Positions 13,046 to 26,439 of a DNA stretch of 64,000 nucleotides are shown here, piece after piece. A program made the translations under genes and the position numbers. Each line of letters starts with the position of its first letter. Within the stretch, counting starts at the first letter, position 1. The notes below the pieces were generated by a model that searched no databases, was not told the DNA's origin, and saw only the letters and a list, made by a program, of their open reading frames with translations. The DNA comes from Vicugna vicugna (lineage: Eukaryota), in assembly GCA_013265495.1 (NCBI GenBank), contig MU058213.1:6650066-6714065 (forward strand), read 5' to 3'.

Positions 13046-13364
13046 AGAAAATTGGGAAAAGATTTGAACAGTACTTCAGGAAAGGGGACACAAGAGTGGT
13101 GAAAGAAACAATGTGAATAGAAGTCCAAACTCATGAATAATTAGAAATTCAAGTGAAAACCACAATAAAATCCCACTTTATACCCAGAAATTAGCAAAAA
13201 TGAAAAATTTTGAAACATGGGCAAGGACATAAAACAGTGGAAACGTTTACGGTGGGGTTATCAGTGGCATAGCCACTTTAGAAGGCAATTTTGAATTCCA
13301 AAGTAAAGTTAAAGGTGTAGGTACCCTATAGTCCAGCATTCTACTCCTGGGTAGATGCAGTAAG

Positions 13365-13547
13365 CTGTGGTTCTCAAGGGAAAGCCAGTGGTCCAGGTGT
13401 CTCAGAATCAAAGGGGAGGTTGTAAAGATGCAGATTCTTGAATTCCCCTCAGAAGGATTCTTAATCAGAATTCTTGGTGACAGAATCTAGGGATTTTTGT
13501 AGGTACTCCAGGCACTTTGAATGCACACTGAAGTCTGAGATCCACTG
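13365..13547. mobile_element. MER5-type hAT-Charlie MITE
   Basis: Termini ctgtggttctcaa...tgagatccactg followed by ctctag (hAT-Charlie target preference); internal aaagatgcagattcttg...aatcagaa. Confidence 0.8.
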
Positions 13548-15393
13548 CTCTAGGGCCTCTCTTGAATGTATGCAGCATGAGAAATATACAGGAAAGTTTA
13601 TAGCTATGATGCTTAAAAAAAGAACAGAAATTACCCAAATATGCATCAATGGTGGAATGGATAAATTATGGTAAACTTATACAATGCAAAACTATATGGT
13701 AGCTACATACATACATCCACAGGTTGAATTTCAGAACATAAAACAATATTATGAAGAATAAAGCAAGAGAATACATACATACGGCATAATTACATTCATA
13801 CTAAATACCAAAATATGCAAAATCAGATTATATAAGGATATGATTTAGGCATATTCATACATATAAAATTTAGAAGTATGTAGGGATAATTAAAACAAAT
13901 TGAGAAGAAAATAGAACAAAAAAGGAAAAAAAAACAAAAAAAAAACGAATTTAGGAAGAAGGTTTCCTGTATGGGGAGGGAAGAGGGTGGCAGGAGGAAG
14001 GGCACATGGAGCTTTTGAGGATACTGGTAATGTCCTATGAATGAGTGTTCCTTTCACTGCTGTTCTTTGTACATTACACATATGATGTAAATATCATTTT
14101 GTATCTATTCAATATGTATCACAAATTTTTTAAACAGGGGAAAAAGAGAGGTTGAAGAGATGTTAATTAAAAGTTGAGTGTTGACTTAGCAAACTTCAGT
14201 TATTAATGCCTCTGAAAGTGCTTATGACAACTCTTTAAAATATTCTTACTATTAATGACTATCAACATTGCCTCCGGGGCAGAAATTGTGGAAATGGAGA
14301 GCCAGCAGCAAGGAGGGGAGAAGTCCCCTCAATATTTTGCAACATTTTCCAAATGGCATTTGGGAAAATATCTCTAGTTTTGATCAATCTATCAACACTT
14401 CAGACAATTAAGGACAGTCCCTAGAGAGAGTGGGTGAACCACTTGAGATTATAGATGCCCTGGCTTTACACGCGACCATGCTATCAGGAGGAAGTCAAGT
14501 GCTGAGCAACAAAGATAGTCTTCTCCAAGACCAACCTTCCCATTGTGAAACCTGCCACCATCCTTGGATGTAAGATAGATATTTTCCCACAGTGACCTCT
14601 GACTGCACTGAAGCTATCACTTAGAGCTATCTGTGTCATGCTAAATAATGTGGCTTTTCCAAATTTCTGATGTGTTCTCAGGGAGAAATTAATATCCTGG
14701 TTGAATCAGTTCTCTCATTTCCTTAATTTTATAAGGTCCAGTATAAACCAAGAGCTGATTTTGAAAAATAAAAATGGTGAAGGGCAGTATTCTCATGACT
14801 AGAACTTTCCTTTCTGAAAGGGCATCTTTCCTTTCCTTCCTTTACTGTACCAAAGGACATATAGCCCATCCTTCATCCCCCATGAAACGTACATGATACA
14901 TACATGAAGTGTCTCCTAAAAGCAGCCTTGAGATGTGAGCTTACAAATGGTGCCAGGCTGAGTGTAATAACAAAAGTTTACCATCACATGTTGGCTTCAA
15001 TCCCTTTGTAATGTATTTTCTGATTTAAAAAATCACCACCCTTTCTTCCTAAGGATAGAGAAAATCCAACAGGTCCTAAGTACTTTGGCTAATTTACAAC
15101 ATAGTTGCAGTTGTTGTCTCTTAACATATTGGATATGGACCAAATACAAAGGATGCAATCACCACCCACCAAGAAGCGTCATGATAAGGTGCTCAGGATG
15201 GGTGCGTTTAGAGAAGGCAGGCTGTATTCATTTTGGTCTTCAACTCACAACCACCTCTTCATCAAATCTGTTTAACTCCTTAAGGCACTAGAATAATCAA
15301 GCCTTTATACATACCACATGACTCGAGAGGCTTGTTTTCATGACCTGCCTTTGTTACTGCTGTGTCATTTTGAGCAGATCATGTGATCACTTC

Positions 15394-15900
15394 TGCATTA
15401 GTCAGAGAAGACTAACTGCTATATATTTAATATATGTTATATATAGTGTGTATATAGATATAATGTATATATAAAGCTCTGCAATCTATACTATATACTA
15501 TATATATATGTATATATATATATATATATAAAATATATTACATATGAAGCCCTACAATCTCAGAGGCTTAACAGAACAAACAAGGATTTGGCACGTATGT
15601 CAGAGTTCAATGTAGGCTGGATGGCTTTCCTCCAAGAGGTGACTTGGGGACCCAGGCTCTTTCCCTTTAGTTTCCATCATCCTCACAGGTGGTCTCTAAG
15701 GTCACTGTGGAAAAGGAATGCATGGAGAAGTCTCACCTCTTATTTTCTAGCCCATGAGTGACACAATCTCTCACATTCAACTGGTGAGGACTAGTCCCGT
15801 GGCTCTACCTCTTTGGAAGGGGCTGGGAAATGCAGTTTGGCTCTGTGCCCAAGAAGAGGAAATGGGGCTGATGAGCATTCTGCTAACTGCTGCCACAACT
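15394..15900 (-). mobile_element. Old MLT1 (I/J-like) LTR containing an (AT)n microsatellite
   Basis: tgcattagtcag...caatctcagaggcttaaca, tcacattcaactggtgaggactagtc, aaggggctgggaaatgcagt...tgtgcccaagaagagg. Confidence 0.7.
15420..15545. repeat. Imperfect (TA)n microsatellite
   Basis: Visible TA-dinucleotide tract, purest at 15511-15529. Confidence 0.9.
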
Positions 15901-16141
15901 GCATGCTTTCCGGCCTCAGTTGCTCTATCTCTAAAGTGGAGATAATTGTTTCTGCCAAGCCTCACTCAGAGAATAATAATGAGAACCAAAAAAGAGTACA
16001 CGTTGAAAATGCACACAGCACTACAATTTCTAACACTGACTGGGCTTCAGGGTCTGGGTTTCCAAGTGACTCTCTATGGCACCTAAGTAGGTCTGATTGA
16101 TGCTGATAGAGTCCTAGGCTTGATTTATAGGCAGGATTTTG

Positions 16142-16661
16142 ACAGACGCCCCACTTGTTTTATGACAAAAGGATGAAGATGTCCCAGAGGAAGTGATGCA
16201 AGCAAAAATGTCACATTAAAGCAACGCCTGGAGACATTTCCACCACTAGAAGTGTAAAGGATAAAACATTGGAAGCTGACCCCAACTTAGAAAGATGTAT
16301 AACAATTCACTAAGGCAACAGATAAGATGCCAGCTCTACGTCATAAGTTACATGGTGGAAAGTAGGTGAACACTATTTAAGCTTTTTGATTAGTTTTTTA
16401 CAAATAAACACTTTAATTTTCAATGTTCCTAATGTTGTAACTTATAGTATACTAAATAAGCACTAGTTTTACTATTTTTAAAATTTCCTTATACATTGAA
16501 AACCAACAGTAAAATCAGTTTTGATGTTTTGACAAAAATTTTTAAAGGTCACAAAACAATTGTAATTTTTCCCCATGGTTATTAAGAATGATTTATAGGG
16601 TTCCAGTTTGTTCAGTCATTTTCACACTTTTGCACAACCAGACAAAGCCTGGATAGCCTGT
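16142..16661 (+). mobile_element. Tigger/pogo DNA transposon remnant with transposase C-terminal coding debris
   Basis: Translates in pieces as KDEDVPEEVMQAK...KDKTLEADPNLERCITIH*, resembling a Tigger/pogo C-terminus; has frameshifts and stops. Confidence 0.7.
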
Positions 16662-17193
16662 GTAATATGTTGATTTCAAGAATGTGTTTCACTTAGACTT
16701 ATGCATGAGAAAAAAAGCATTTTTAATGTGGCTAGTCTTCATTACAGTTTCTATTCTTTAGCAGACAGGTTTGCCAATGACAAGATGATTAACATTAAGT
16801 AAGCTTATTAATATCTAAAAAGGACTGTTAACGATAGAAAAATAGTTCCTTTATTGAAAGGTCGTTCACAAGTCTAATTTATTAGCTTGTCAAATCCTGT
16901 GAGTGGGAATATAAATCTTGTATTAGTGATCAAGATGAAAAAGACCTGGGATACCCACCCAAGCAAAATTCTCTGCGTACTTTCCAAAGGTAAACAGATA
17001 CATCACCTTAGTCTTCTAAGTTGGAAAGCTTGATTACCTACATCCAAAAATATGAAACTCTATTATAGATGTCATGTGAGTGAAAACTGCACTCCAGAAC
17101 CTTAATTTATAATAGAATTGTGATGCCAGAAATAGGCTAAAAATTCAAAATACTAACAAAACCAGCCAAACAAAATAATGCTTTTAAACATCT

Positions 17194-17350
17194 AAAAAAT
17201 GACACAAATGAACTTATTTACAAAACAGAGACTCACAGGCATAGAAAACAAACTTATGGTTACCAGAGAGGAAGCGGGTGGGAAGGGATATACTGGGAGT
17301 TTGAAATTTGCAGATACTAACTACTATCTATAAAACAGATAAACAAGTTC
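17194..17350 (+). mobile_element. Young L1 3'UTR internal fragment
   Basis: gacacaaatgaacttatttacaaaacagagactcacaggcatagaaaacaaacttatggttaccag; same family as 26440-26940. Confidence 0.85.
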
Positions 17351-19767
17351 ATGTCGGATTCAAAGCAACCTGAGAAATATGTGAATTTACTGGCTCCAAG
17401 TCTAGGGGTCTAATATCAGGCATGGCTCAGCTCAGGCTCCCAACATGGCCAGCAAATGTACACGTCTCCATCTCTCTGCTCTACTTGCCCTCTCAGTGGC
17501 TCTCAAGAGGGCAAGATGACCACTGGAAATTCCTACATCTTGTAGCTTAGTAACTCCAGGCAATAAAGAGCTCTTCTATTCCTAGTAGAGCCCCCGCAGT
17601 CCCAAGACTATGGACATTACACTGACTTGAGACATGCCTTCTGCTGGGAACAGTTAGAGGCCAGAACTAGAACGTATGTCTGTCCTGGGGCTGGACAGAA
17701 GGATGGCATGAGCCCACAATGTGGTGCCAGTGGGGGATAGAGGGGAGGGTGGGTCCCCCAAAAGGGGTCCATAAAAGTAGGATGCATGAGCATAGGGCAG
17801 GCAAAAAGAACCGATGACCACAATGGAATGACACTGAACATGGGAGTCTGGAGGACGTCAGAGAGCCAGTTCCTGACCAAACTCTCCCCCGATGAAGGGA
17901 CCTAGGCTACAGGACTCTAAAAGTGACGACTGCAGCTCTGCTGTTCCTCCTCCCATGGCCAGGAAGCTGGTCCTGTGGATGCATGATTCTGGATGTTAGG
18001 GTGCTTCTTCTGTTGCCCAATTCCACCTCGCTGCAGTTTCTACCGTGGGCCCAAGTTCCCTCTTTGGGAACATTAGAGAAGCAAAGCCATGCCCTTGACC
18101 TGGTGAACACAGCTGGTAGCATCTTTACCACCCACCTAGTCTCTGAAGGCTTCCTCCCCACCCACACACATACTCACAACCAGAGGTGGATTAGCTGTGA
18201 AGCTATCAAAGCTCAGGTGTCAGAACCCCGAGCGAGCACAAGCCCGGTGAGCGCTGAGTTACAGGGCGTCCTAGGAGGAGACAGGAAGCCAGGTTCCCTA
18301 CAGGAAACATTTACACGTAAACGTATTTGATGAACTGTGTAAGAGTTCTCAGAAAAAAGTGACTGGAGTCTCCAAGCCCCCAGAAGACTACTGTGATCCA
18401 TTTATTCATTCAAAATCAATATTTAAATTCATATTTAATTTTGTAACTGTTATTCCGTTATATTCTTTTTCTTAAAGAAGTCCTCCTCCCCTGACTCTTT
18501 CCCCTAAACTGTATATACTTTAGGCCCCACAAAAGCTGGATCTATCACCACACGAAGCCCTTCTCCTCTCTCATCAGCCCTTCTAATGACATGGTTTCCA
18601 GGTATTTTACAATGTAGAAAAGCCTCCAGCTATTTCAACTTGGATACCTAGAGCTGGACAAAGTGCCATGGCTGGGATATGGCATGAAGAGTCGAGTAGG
18701 ATCTCATCCTCTTGTTCTGGTGCCCGTGGTTCCATGAATGCCGGCCAGGGTGGGGTCGGGCTGACTCAGCACGTGTGTCACATGGTTCATTTCATCTGTG
18801 GTCTGTGCAACGCACCAGCTCCTTCTCACCCTCTGCTGCCTTGAGTAGTAGGATTTATAGTTTGTGGGTAAACAGTCTTAGTTGATAAGAGTGGTCTGAA
18901 TTATCTCCTCTGACATGACCAACACTGCCTGTTTTGAGGGACTAAAGTGAAAATCCAGTAAAAGATATCCAGAACACACTTCTGGATAAAAAGGAAAAAT
19001 GAGATCTTGAATCCATACTGCCTGCCATCCATGTCCCTTTGGTTCACTTTTACCAGAGTGTTTACAAGAAAAGCTGTTTTACCTGGATGGTTATTGAGAC
19101 TGACTCGTAAAATAAAAATTCCAAGAGACTGTAAGCTGCCCTCAAAGTATACCTCTTCTAATTTTTGTAATGTGATTATCTCATAGTAGTTTTTGTATAA
19201 TTAACATGTTAGTGAGATTTAAATTTTTTTGATTTTCTCTATTACTGAATTCTACACAGAATCAATTAAAACCAAGCTTTAAGTATTTAACAAAAGACAT
19301 TTCTCTTCCATATAATTTACATACATGGAAGGGCTGGGAGAGTAAACTGAAATGGATTTATACTCATCTCAGACTGGCCCTTGGTTTTGACCATACTGGA
19401 TACACAACTATGTTTCCATCAGCTCTTTGGTCAGAAAGTGTTCATTTAGCACACAGCTGGCAAGTAGGTTTCAACAAGTAAGCAACTTTTAATTATGGGT
19501 AGTGACCTGAAGCTTTGTGATGAGAAAGGTTCTGCAATCAGATCTAGATGCACAGATCAACTGGCAATGTCTATCATGAGCACAATAAGCAGAAGTGGGA
19601 GCATTCACGTTGTGTATTTGCCATCTGTGATCAGTTAGATTAGAAACTCCTTGAGGTTAAAGACCTGATTCATAACCTACACGGCATCTGGCAAATAGAA
19701 TTTCATGCTTATTCAATGAATAAATGGACACAGATTTTTGCCAAGTACCATTTTGCTTTGTGAAACA

Positions 19768-20094
19768 CAGTCAGCCCTCTGTATCCACAAGTTCCACATC
19801 CACACATTCAGCCAACCACAGACGGAAAAAAATTTTTCCAGAAAGTTCCAAAAAAGCAAAACTTGAATTTCCCATGCATTACCAAATATTTACACAGCAT
19901 TTACATTGTATTTACAAGTACCTACATCACACTCACATTGTACTAGGTATTATAAGTAACCTAGAGATGATTTAAAATATATGGGAGGATGTGCATAGGT
20001 TATACGTGAATACCACGCCATTTAATATAAGGGACTTGAGCATCCTCGGAGAGGATCCTGAAACCAATGCCCCGTGGACACTGAGAGACCACTG
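19768..20094. mobile_element. Tigger3-like TcMar MITE
   Basis: TIRs cagtcagccctctgtatccac / gtggacactgagagaccactg, followed by TA; internal gtattataagtaacctagagatgatttaaa...gggaggatgtgcataggttata. Confidence 0.85.
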
Positions 20095-20474
20095 TATACA
20101 ATAAAAGCTCAATTAGCCAAAATTCAATTAACTACAATCTCAAAATACCAGAATCCTATCAGAAAAAGAAACAACAATGAAACATATGTATATATTTAGA
20201 AACTCACCCTCAGGGTTTCAGTCTAGATTGCAACTGCCCAGACCTTCCTGATTTACTATTTTAGTTCTTACACAGCAGTAAGTGATGCTCAGAAATTCAA
20301 GTTTTGGAACTTGGAAGGATGATCAGTTATCAATTTCTATGCTCACCAGACTAGAGTTATTAAGTCTAGAAGGTGGACCTAAACAATTCAAACAGTGAAG
20401 CTGCATTCATTTTTATTATTTAACAGATAAAGACCCTTTGCTAGAGAAATGCCCACAGACTGTAAACTCCTTTG

Positions 20475-20610
20475 CTAGATTGTAAGCTGCCAGAGGGCAG
20501 AGAGGGTGGTCTGATTCAGCTCCATATTCCTGCATCACCTGGCACAGTCACATACTGGGCTGCTCAGTAACTATCTGACATATATATGAGTGAGTGAATG
20601 AATTAATGAG
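20475..20610 (+). mobile_element. L2 3' end
   Basis: ctagattgtaagctgccagagggcag...cctggcacagt...gagtgaatgaattaatga tail. Confidence 0.75.
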
Positions 20611-20799
20611 CAGATGAACAGATTTCTCTTGGGATCCGCTTCCCCCATGTGCTCCATCCCAGAGTCCCTTTGCCTTTAAGGGTTTATCTGAGAATTCTGC
20701 TCCCTGACAAAAGTGAGACCAGTGACATGCAAGGCACCCCAGGTTTGGGCCAGGTATACACTTTTCAGAATTAATTAGCAAAGCAGTAGCATCTGAGTT

Positions 20800-20990
20800 G
20801 GGGTCTGGTAAGGACACTAGACTTAGAGTTTAGAGACCTGGGTTTGAGACTTAGGAATTGTTTCATCTGTGAATCTCAGTTTGCTCATCTCTAAAATGGA
20901 GATGATAATACGTTCTCTGTCTTTTCAAAGCTGCAGTGAGCTTCAAATAAAATAAACAAAAGTATTGTGAAAATGATGAAATCTCCATAA
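20800..20990 (+). mobile_element. MIR SINE
   Basis: agagacctgggttt...tctcagtttgctcatctctaaaatggagatgataata (MIR core). Confidence 0.75.
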
Positions 20991-21339
20991 AAATAGCAGA
21001 CATTTGTTCTCCTCCTAATTCTGCAACTAAGTGGCTACACAGCTTTGGTCACATCCATTCATCCTTCTTGCCCTCGATTTCTTCATCTCAAAACTGAGGG
21101 GGTTGGACTAGTGGCTCTCGAGTGGGTGTTCAGCCCTCATGTTACATACATACAGCCGGGTGCTCAGCTCTGGCGGGAGGAAGGGAAGGGCTGGTTCAAA
21201 TTCTTTCCTGAACAGAATTTCATGCTCTTTGCCTATTTATAGAAAGCAGTCATTCTAGGAGATCAAATTCCAGGAAGCAGGCTAGGGACAAGTCCATTTT
21301 GGATGGCCAGGAACTCTGCATTGGTCCCCATAGAGCTTT

Positions 21340-22048
21340 TTTCCCCCTCTAATCCTGCAGTTCTTTTTTTCAAAAACACATTTATTGTGGTATGATTCCT
21401 GTACAGTAAACTACACATATTTGATGAATTTTGATAGATGTATAAACCTATGAAACCACCACCTCATTCAAGATAGCTAACATTTCCATCACTCCCCAAG
21501 AGGTGCAAATCTCAAACTCCCAATTTATCCCTTCCCACTCCCTTTTCCCCTCTGGTAACCATAAGCTTGTTCTCTATGCCTGTGAGTGTGTTTCTGTTTT
21601 GTAGATAAGTTCATTTATTTTCTTTTTTTTTTTTTAAAGATTCCACATATAAGTGATATTACATGGTATTTTTCTTTCTCTTTTGACTTATTTCACTTAG
21701 AATGACAATCTCCATGTCCATCCACGTTGGTGTAAGTGGCATTATTTTGCTCTTTTTTATGGCTGAGTAGTAGTCCATTATATAAATATATACCATATCT
21801 TCTTTACCCAGTCTTCTCTTGATGGACATTTTGGGTTGTTTCCATGTCTTGGCTATTGTATATAGAGCTGCTGTGAACCCTTCTACACTGTCGGTGGGAA
21901 TGTAAATTGGTGCAGCCACTATGGAGGACAGTATGGAGGTTCCTTAAAAAACTAAAAATAAACTTACCATATGATCCAGCAATCCCACCCCTGGGCATGT
22001 ATCTGGAGAAAAACAGAATTGGAAAAGACACATTGTACACCCCAATGT
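21340..22048 (-). mobile_element. L1 insertion with 5' inversion (twin priming) and a chimeric older-L1 3' tail
   Basis: Minus-strand young L1 at 21503-21878; plus-strand adjoining L1 segment at 21875-22050; L1M-like tail at 21365-21502; perfect 15-bp TSD tccccatagagcttt (21325-21339, 22049-22063). Confidence 0.9.
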
Positions 22049-22109
22049 TCCCCATAGAGCTTTACATGGGAGTTAGAGATGTTTAGAAACAAAACGAGGT
22101 GCTCACCAA

Positions 22110-22320
22110 AAAGTAACAAATGGTTACATTTTTAAGCACCTGCTGACTCAGGTACTGTCAAGGCACTTTAATTATACTATCTCATTTAGTCCTCACAACA
22201 AATTTTCAAATTAACTATTGTGCCCATTTTCCAGGTAAGAGCTCAATGAGATTCAGAGACGTCACGTAACTTGGTGAAGGATTTAAATTCTGGGCTCCCA
22301 CGTTTTTCCTGACCTGATTC
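22110..22320 (-). mobile_element. MIR SINE
   Basis: ctcatttagtcctcacaaca...cccattttccaggtaagagctcaatgagattcagaga. Confidence 0.7.
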
Positions 22321-25300
22321 TACTCTCACCTGCCCAAACCAGAGAGGAACAGTTCTGAAGCACAGCCGCAAGCACCAGGAGGTAACGGCTATGCATTGCC
22401 TGCAATCCTCAGTCAGCAAAAAACACAAGCAGGAAAAACTCAAAATCAAAACACCAGAGGCATTCTTGGAGATTCTCTGAAAACCAACCTTGGTGGGCAC
22501 CAACTTCAGATGTAAAACACACGCTGCTAATGACATATTCCTAAACCTCCACCTTTCAGAGCTGATGCTACAGCTGGTGGGTCCATTTCAGAACACTTCT
22601 CAAGCTCACAGACCCGTCTTTCCAGGCTGCAGCCTCCTGAGTTCACAGTCCTGAGTTACCAAATCCCCAGTGGGAATTTCTAAATGACTCAATTCCTCGG
22701 CCTGTACTTACATCCTAATGATAGGACATTAAAATGCAAATTAAACAGAAACTTAGTAAGCAAATCCTGTCACTTTCTAATGGATACATCAATAAAGGCC
22801 TGCCCAGAGGCACCACACTGTTGCCAGCCTCCAAGGAATTATTTCAAAGGCCCACCTGCAAGCCTGGGGCACACGAGGTGTTGGAAATTCTCTCTCTAAT
22901 CTGTCTGGTTAGGGTTGTTCCCCTAAAGTGGCTGAACTTGCTAACAGGCTCCTCTCACCCTCTTCCAGTGCTGACAGGGCCCTGCAAGTGTGCGGGTCCC
23001 CAAGGCTGCTGGGGTTCTTTGCCATTGTGCTTTACAAGGTTACAAAGGGGAACATGACCACCTCTGAGTAAAATACTTCCACCATCAAAACGTGGCTCAA
23101 TTTCTGCTTGATCCTTTTATTGCTGCCATCTGCTTCCTCCCTCTTCTGTTTTCCTATTTTCCCTCCCAAGAACTGGCTGTGATCTTCTAAATTTAGCTCT
23201 TTGGGTTTGGTTGGTTGGTTTCAGCTTGCCCAGATGAAAAGTCACCGCATTAAAGTCACTGACTTCTACAAATAAATTTACTTTAGTCACTGAAGGTCAA
23301 ACAGTTTATCATACATTTCAGTATTTCTGGTCCTTAGCCAACGACTGGTACAGGAAACAGTAGAAGCTTAATAAATGTCTGCTTGTGGAATATGACAAGC
23401 CCCTCGATTTCACCATCAAATTCCTACTAATGTGACTGCACTCTTGGACGGCCAGAAGCCCTGGGCTCTGGTTACATAATTCATCCTACTGTGATCCTGG
23501 GAAAATCGTTCCCTCTTACTGGATTTGCTTCTTCATCTATAGAATGACCAGGGTGGTGGACTCGGCTGTCCTCTCCAGATTAAGTTCTGTCATGCTCATT
23601 TTTGCAAAGATCTAAATCTGCCGAATCTAGCACAAATCTAGATTACAGCAGGCTCTCAGTGAGTATTTGCCAAAGGAAAAATTCAGAATGCTGTATGTAA
23701 GTCTAGGTTTTAAATTGATGCCACTGTTAAATTACACTTTCAACTTCCCTTTTCCGTTAAGAACAAAACTATTCCTGATTGTTTCAAGTGCTTCTGCTCT
23801 TCTTCTACCCAGGACTCAAATGCATTTCCGTACAATTTCTGGAAGCTTCTGAGTCTTTTCACAAACAAAATTCCACACCAACCTCCAAACTGACTCACAG
23901 GCTTCCTAGTGTGTTTCTTACCAAACCAAAATGCACTGGTGGTAGGGTTTTACAAGGCAATGGAGATATTGCGCCTACATCGGGGAGTTCAAGTCAAATC
24001 ACCTCAAAAAAAGTATTTATTATTATATACTATTGAAACACCTACTATGTAAGGTTAATTGAAGGAGAAGGCAAGTACCAAGAGAGCCATTTCTCCATTT
24101 CCTAGAGTTTCAAGGCTCTAGGAACTGTTCATCTGGCTCCCACAACTCCTGGATCTTATTTATAGAGACAGCTGCGGTGTTGCCCACTTTCTTGGAAGTC
24201 CTTTTCACGTTATACATAACCACACATATACTACTCAATTTAGCTCCTAATCATAACACTGTCTTGTGCTGTTTCTTGTTTGTCTTATCTAAGCTGGAGA
24301 TTTTTAGAATCAAGGTTCAGAGATAGGTCGCCAAAAGCAGGGCCGTGAGAATTAAGAATTAAATGCAAAATTCTAAGGTTATGGGCTTTTTTCTGAGAGA
24401 GGACTCCTAGCTTTCAATAGATTTCCAAAGGGATCTGTGACCCCAACTCATTAAGAGCCAGGATCATGCTTTCCATTACCTCCCTGTCTGCCAGCAGCTA
24501 GCCTTGTGCTGGGGACCCAGTGTGCTCCCAGCCCACCCTTGCTGCTCTCAGCTCTGGGAAAGGATGCTTTGATTCCGAGAAGGCATCTTTATTGCAGAGG
24601 GCAGTCTACAAGTCTCCTTTCCCTTCTCCAACAGAGCAGTCAAGTTGATTGCACAAAGATCCAAATTTGTCAAGTGAACTGAAAAGCCAAGAGAGGAAGC
24701 AAATGCCAACTTCTCACATGCATTCAAATACCAAGGGAAAAGGGAGACTTGGTGTTGGGAAGAAAACTAGAATGCCTAGAGTTCTTTCTGACCTACTTTT
24801 ATGACTCATGTGGGTGAAGGATCCTGGATTAAAGGCCAGTCCAGTTCTCAACCAACGTCGAGTGTGTGCACTTTCTTAAGGATGATGGTATTGATCTTCC
24901 TCTCTGGCTACTTTGTTCCCACGACTCCATCCAGTGAAGTCGGGGTGCTCAGTGAGGCCCTATGGTTTGCATAATTTCCAGTGGTCAAAGTGATTTGCAA
25001 GAACCTTAAGAATTTGAAGGAAGGTGGACTCCAACTTTGTGTTATTGAAAAATAAAGCAGCCTGAAATCTCATGAATAAATGTATGCCAATTTGCAAAAA
25101 TTCTATTTGTCTAGTTGTTGGTGGTCCCACTGCATCCCACTCCTCCCGACCACCCCTCCACACACACACAATCATGGTGCTACATGAACAGCACATCTAT
25201 CTATACAATTGAGATATCTGACTGGCGAAAACAGAGTAAACTCAAAATTTCCATGAACCAGAATGTTCAGGAAATAAGGAATTCTAGTTATCTGAAATTT

Positions 25301-25872
25301 GCAGTAAAATTCTGGTTTTAGAATCTGACTCTTTAGACTCTCATCTCCAATGCTTTGACACAATAAATTTAAAATAATTTGCTGTGTGAAGAATCATCCA
25401 AGGCCCACAGACATTGCAGCATCCTGTATCACAGTGAGGACGTACTTGCACAAGGAATAACCTAGATGCACATCAAGCCCCTCTTGTGCAGCTGGAGCTG
25501 GTGGACAGCACGGGACAGTTTACACCACTTCTGGGGACTTGGGCAGGGTCGAGCCATCAGTCATGCTGAGAGGCAGCTAGCTTGCTGATGCGTCTTCCGG
25601 GTTTCTGCCGTCCCTTGCTTGGATCACAGTCCTTTACTCTTGCTCCCTGTGTCTGCACCATTAATAAAGTATAACACATAAGACTTGCCTCAGGTTTTGC
25701 TTCCTGGAAAACTTGGGCCACAACAAAGAGAATATATAAAACTAGTGATTCTCAATGGCCTCTGGGTACCGTGTGTGTGTGTGCGTGCGTGCGTGTTATA
25801 ATTCTGGAGGGAAAAGGGAGGGAACAGGTCTTTTCTCCCAAATTGCTTATGACATGTCTCCCCTTTCTCTTC

Positions 25873-26439
25873 TGTATCAGTCAGGGTCCAGTCAGGAGGC
25901 AGAAACAAGAGCAATAACTTGGGCAGGAAACAGTTAACATAAACATGTATAACTATGAAAAGGTGGCTAATTACCTCAAGGGGTAAAAGGGAACTTTAAG
26001 GAACTCAGAAGTTAACACATCCAGAGAACGGTAAGAAAAAGGAACTGAGAACCTGTCCCCTTCAAGGGTAAGAATCACCCTGATGTTGTCAAAGATCCCT
26101 GCCAGAGGGTGCTAGCCACAAGTGGTCTGTAGGAGCAGCCTGCCAGGTAGTGGAGAAACCTGCCAGCAGCTATGGATGGCAGCTGGGGCATAGGAATGGT
26201 CCCTGGGTACTGGGGAACTTGCTGGAGGTGCAGGCGGCAGAGCTGGTCCACAAAGGATGCTGAGATGAGCACTACTAGGCCCCCCTCGACATTGACCTGC
26301 TGCATCCAAGGCCAGAAATAGGAAGGGAAATGACTTCCTCCTGTTTGGCCCTAACATGGCTCTCCAGCACCTTCTATTAACAAAGTCTGATACCTGCCTG
26401 CTGGCAAAGGAGAAATGTCCTCCAGGATCACTAATCAGG
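25873..26439. mobile_element. Ancient LTR (subfamily not assigned)
   Basis: Starts tgtatcagtcagggtccagtcaggaggcagaaac, typical of old ERVL/MaLR-related LTR termini; cut by an L1 at 26440. Confidence 0.55.

Larger units (their letters stand above)
10260..14130 (+). mobile_element. Long, highly decayed old L1 (L1M/L1ME-like; ORF1, ORF2 pieces, 3'UTR) hosting younger insertions
   Basis: A-rich sense strand; ORF1-like ggaatttctagaaataaaa...tagactagatacagctaaagaa; ORF2-like ctaaactatccaattaaatgacaaagg...gagtggatgaaaaa; ORF2-end aaatatgcatcaatggtggaatggataaattatggta. Boundaries approximate. Confidence 0.8.
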
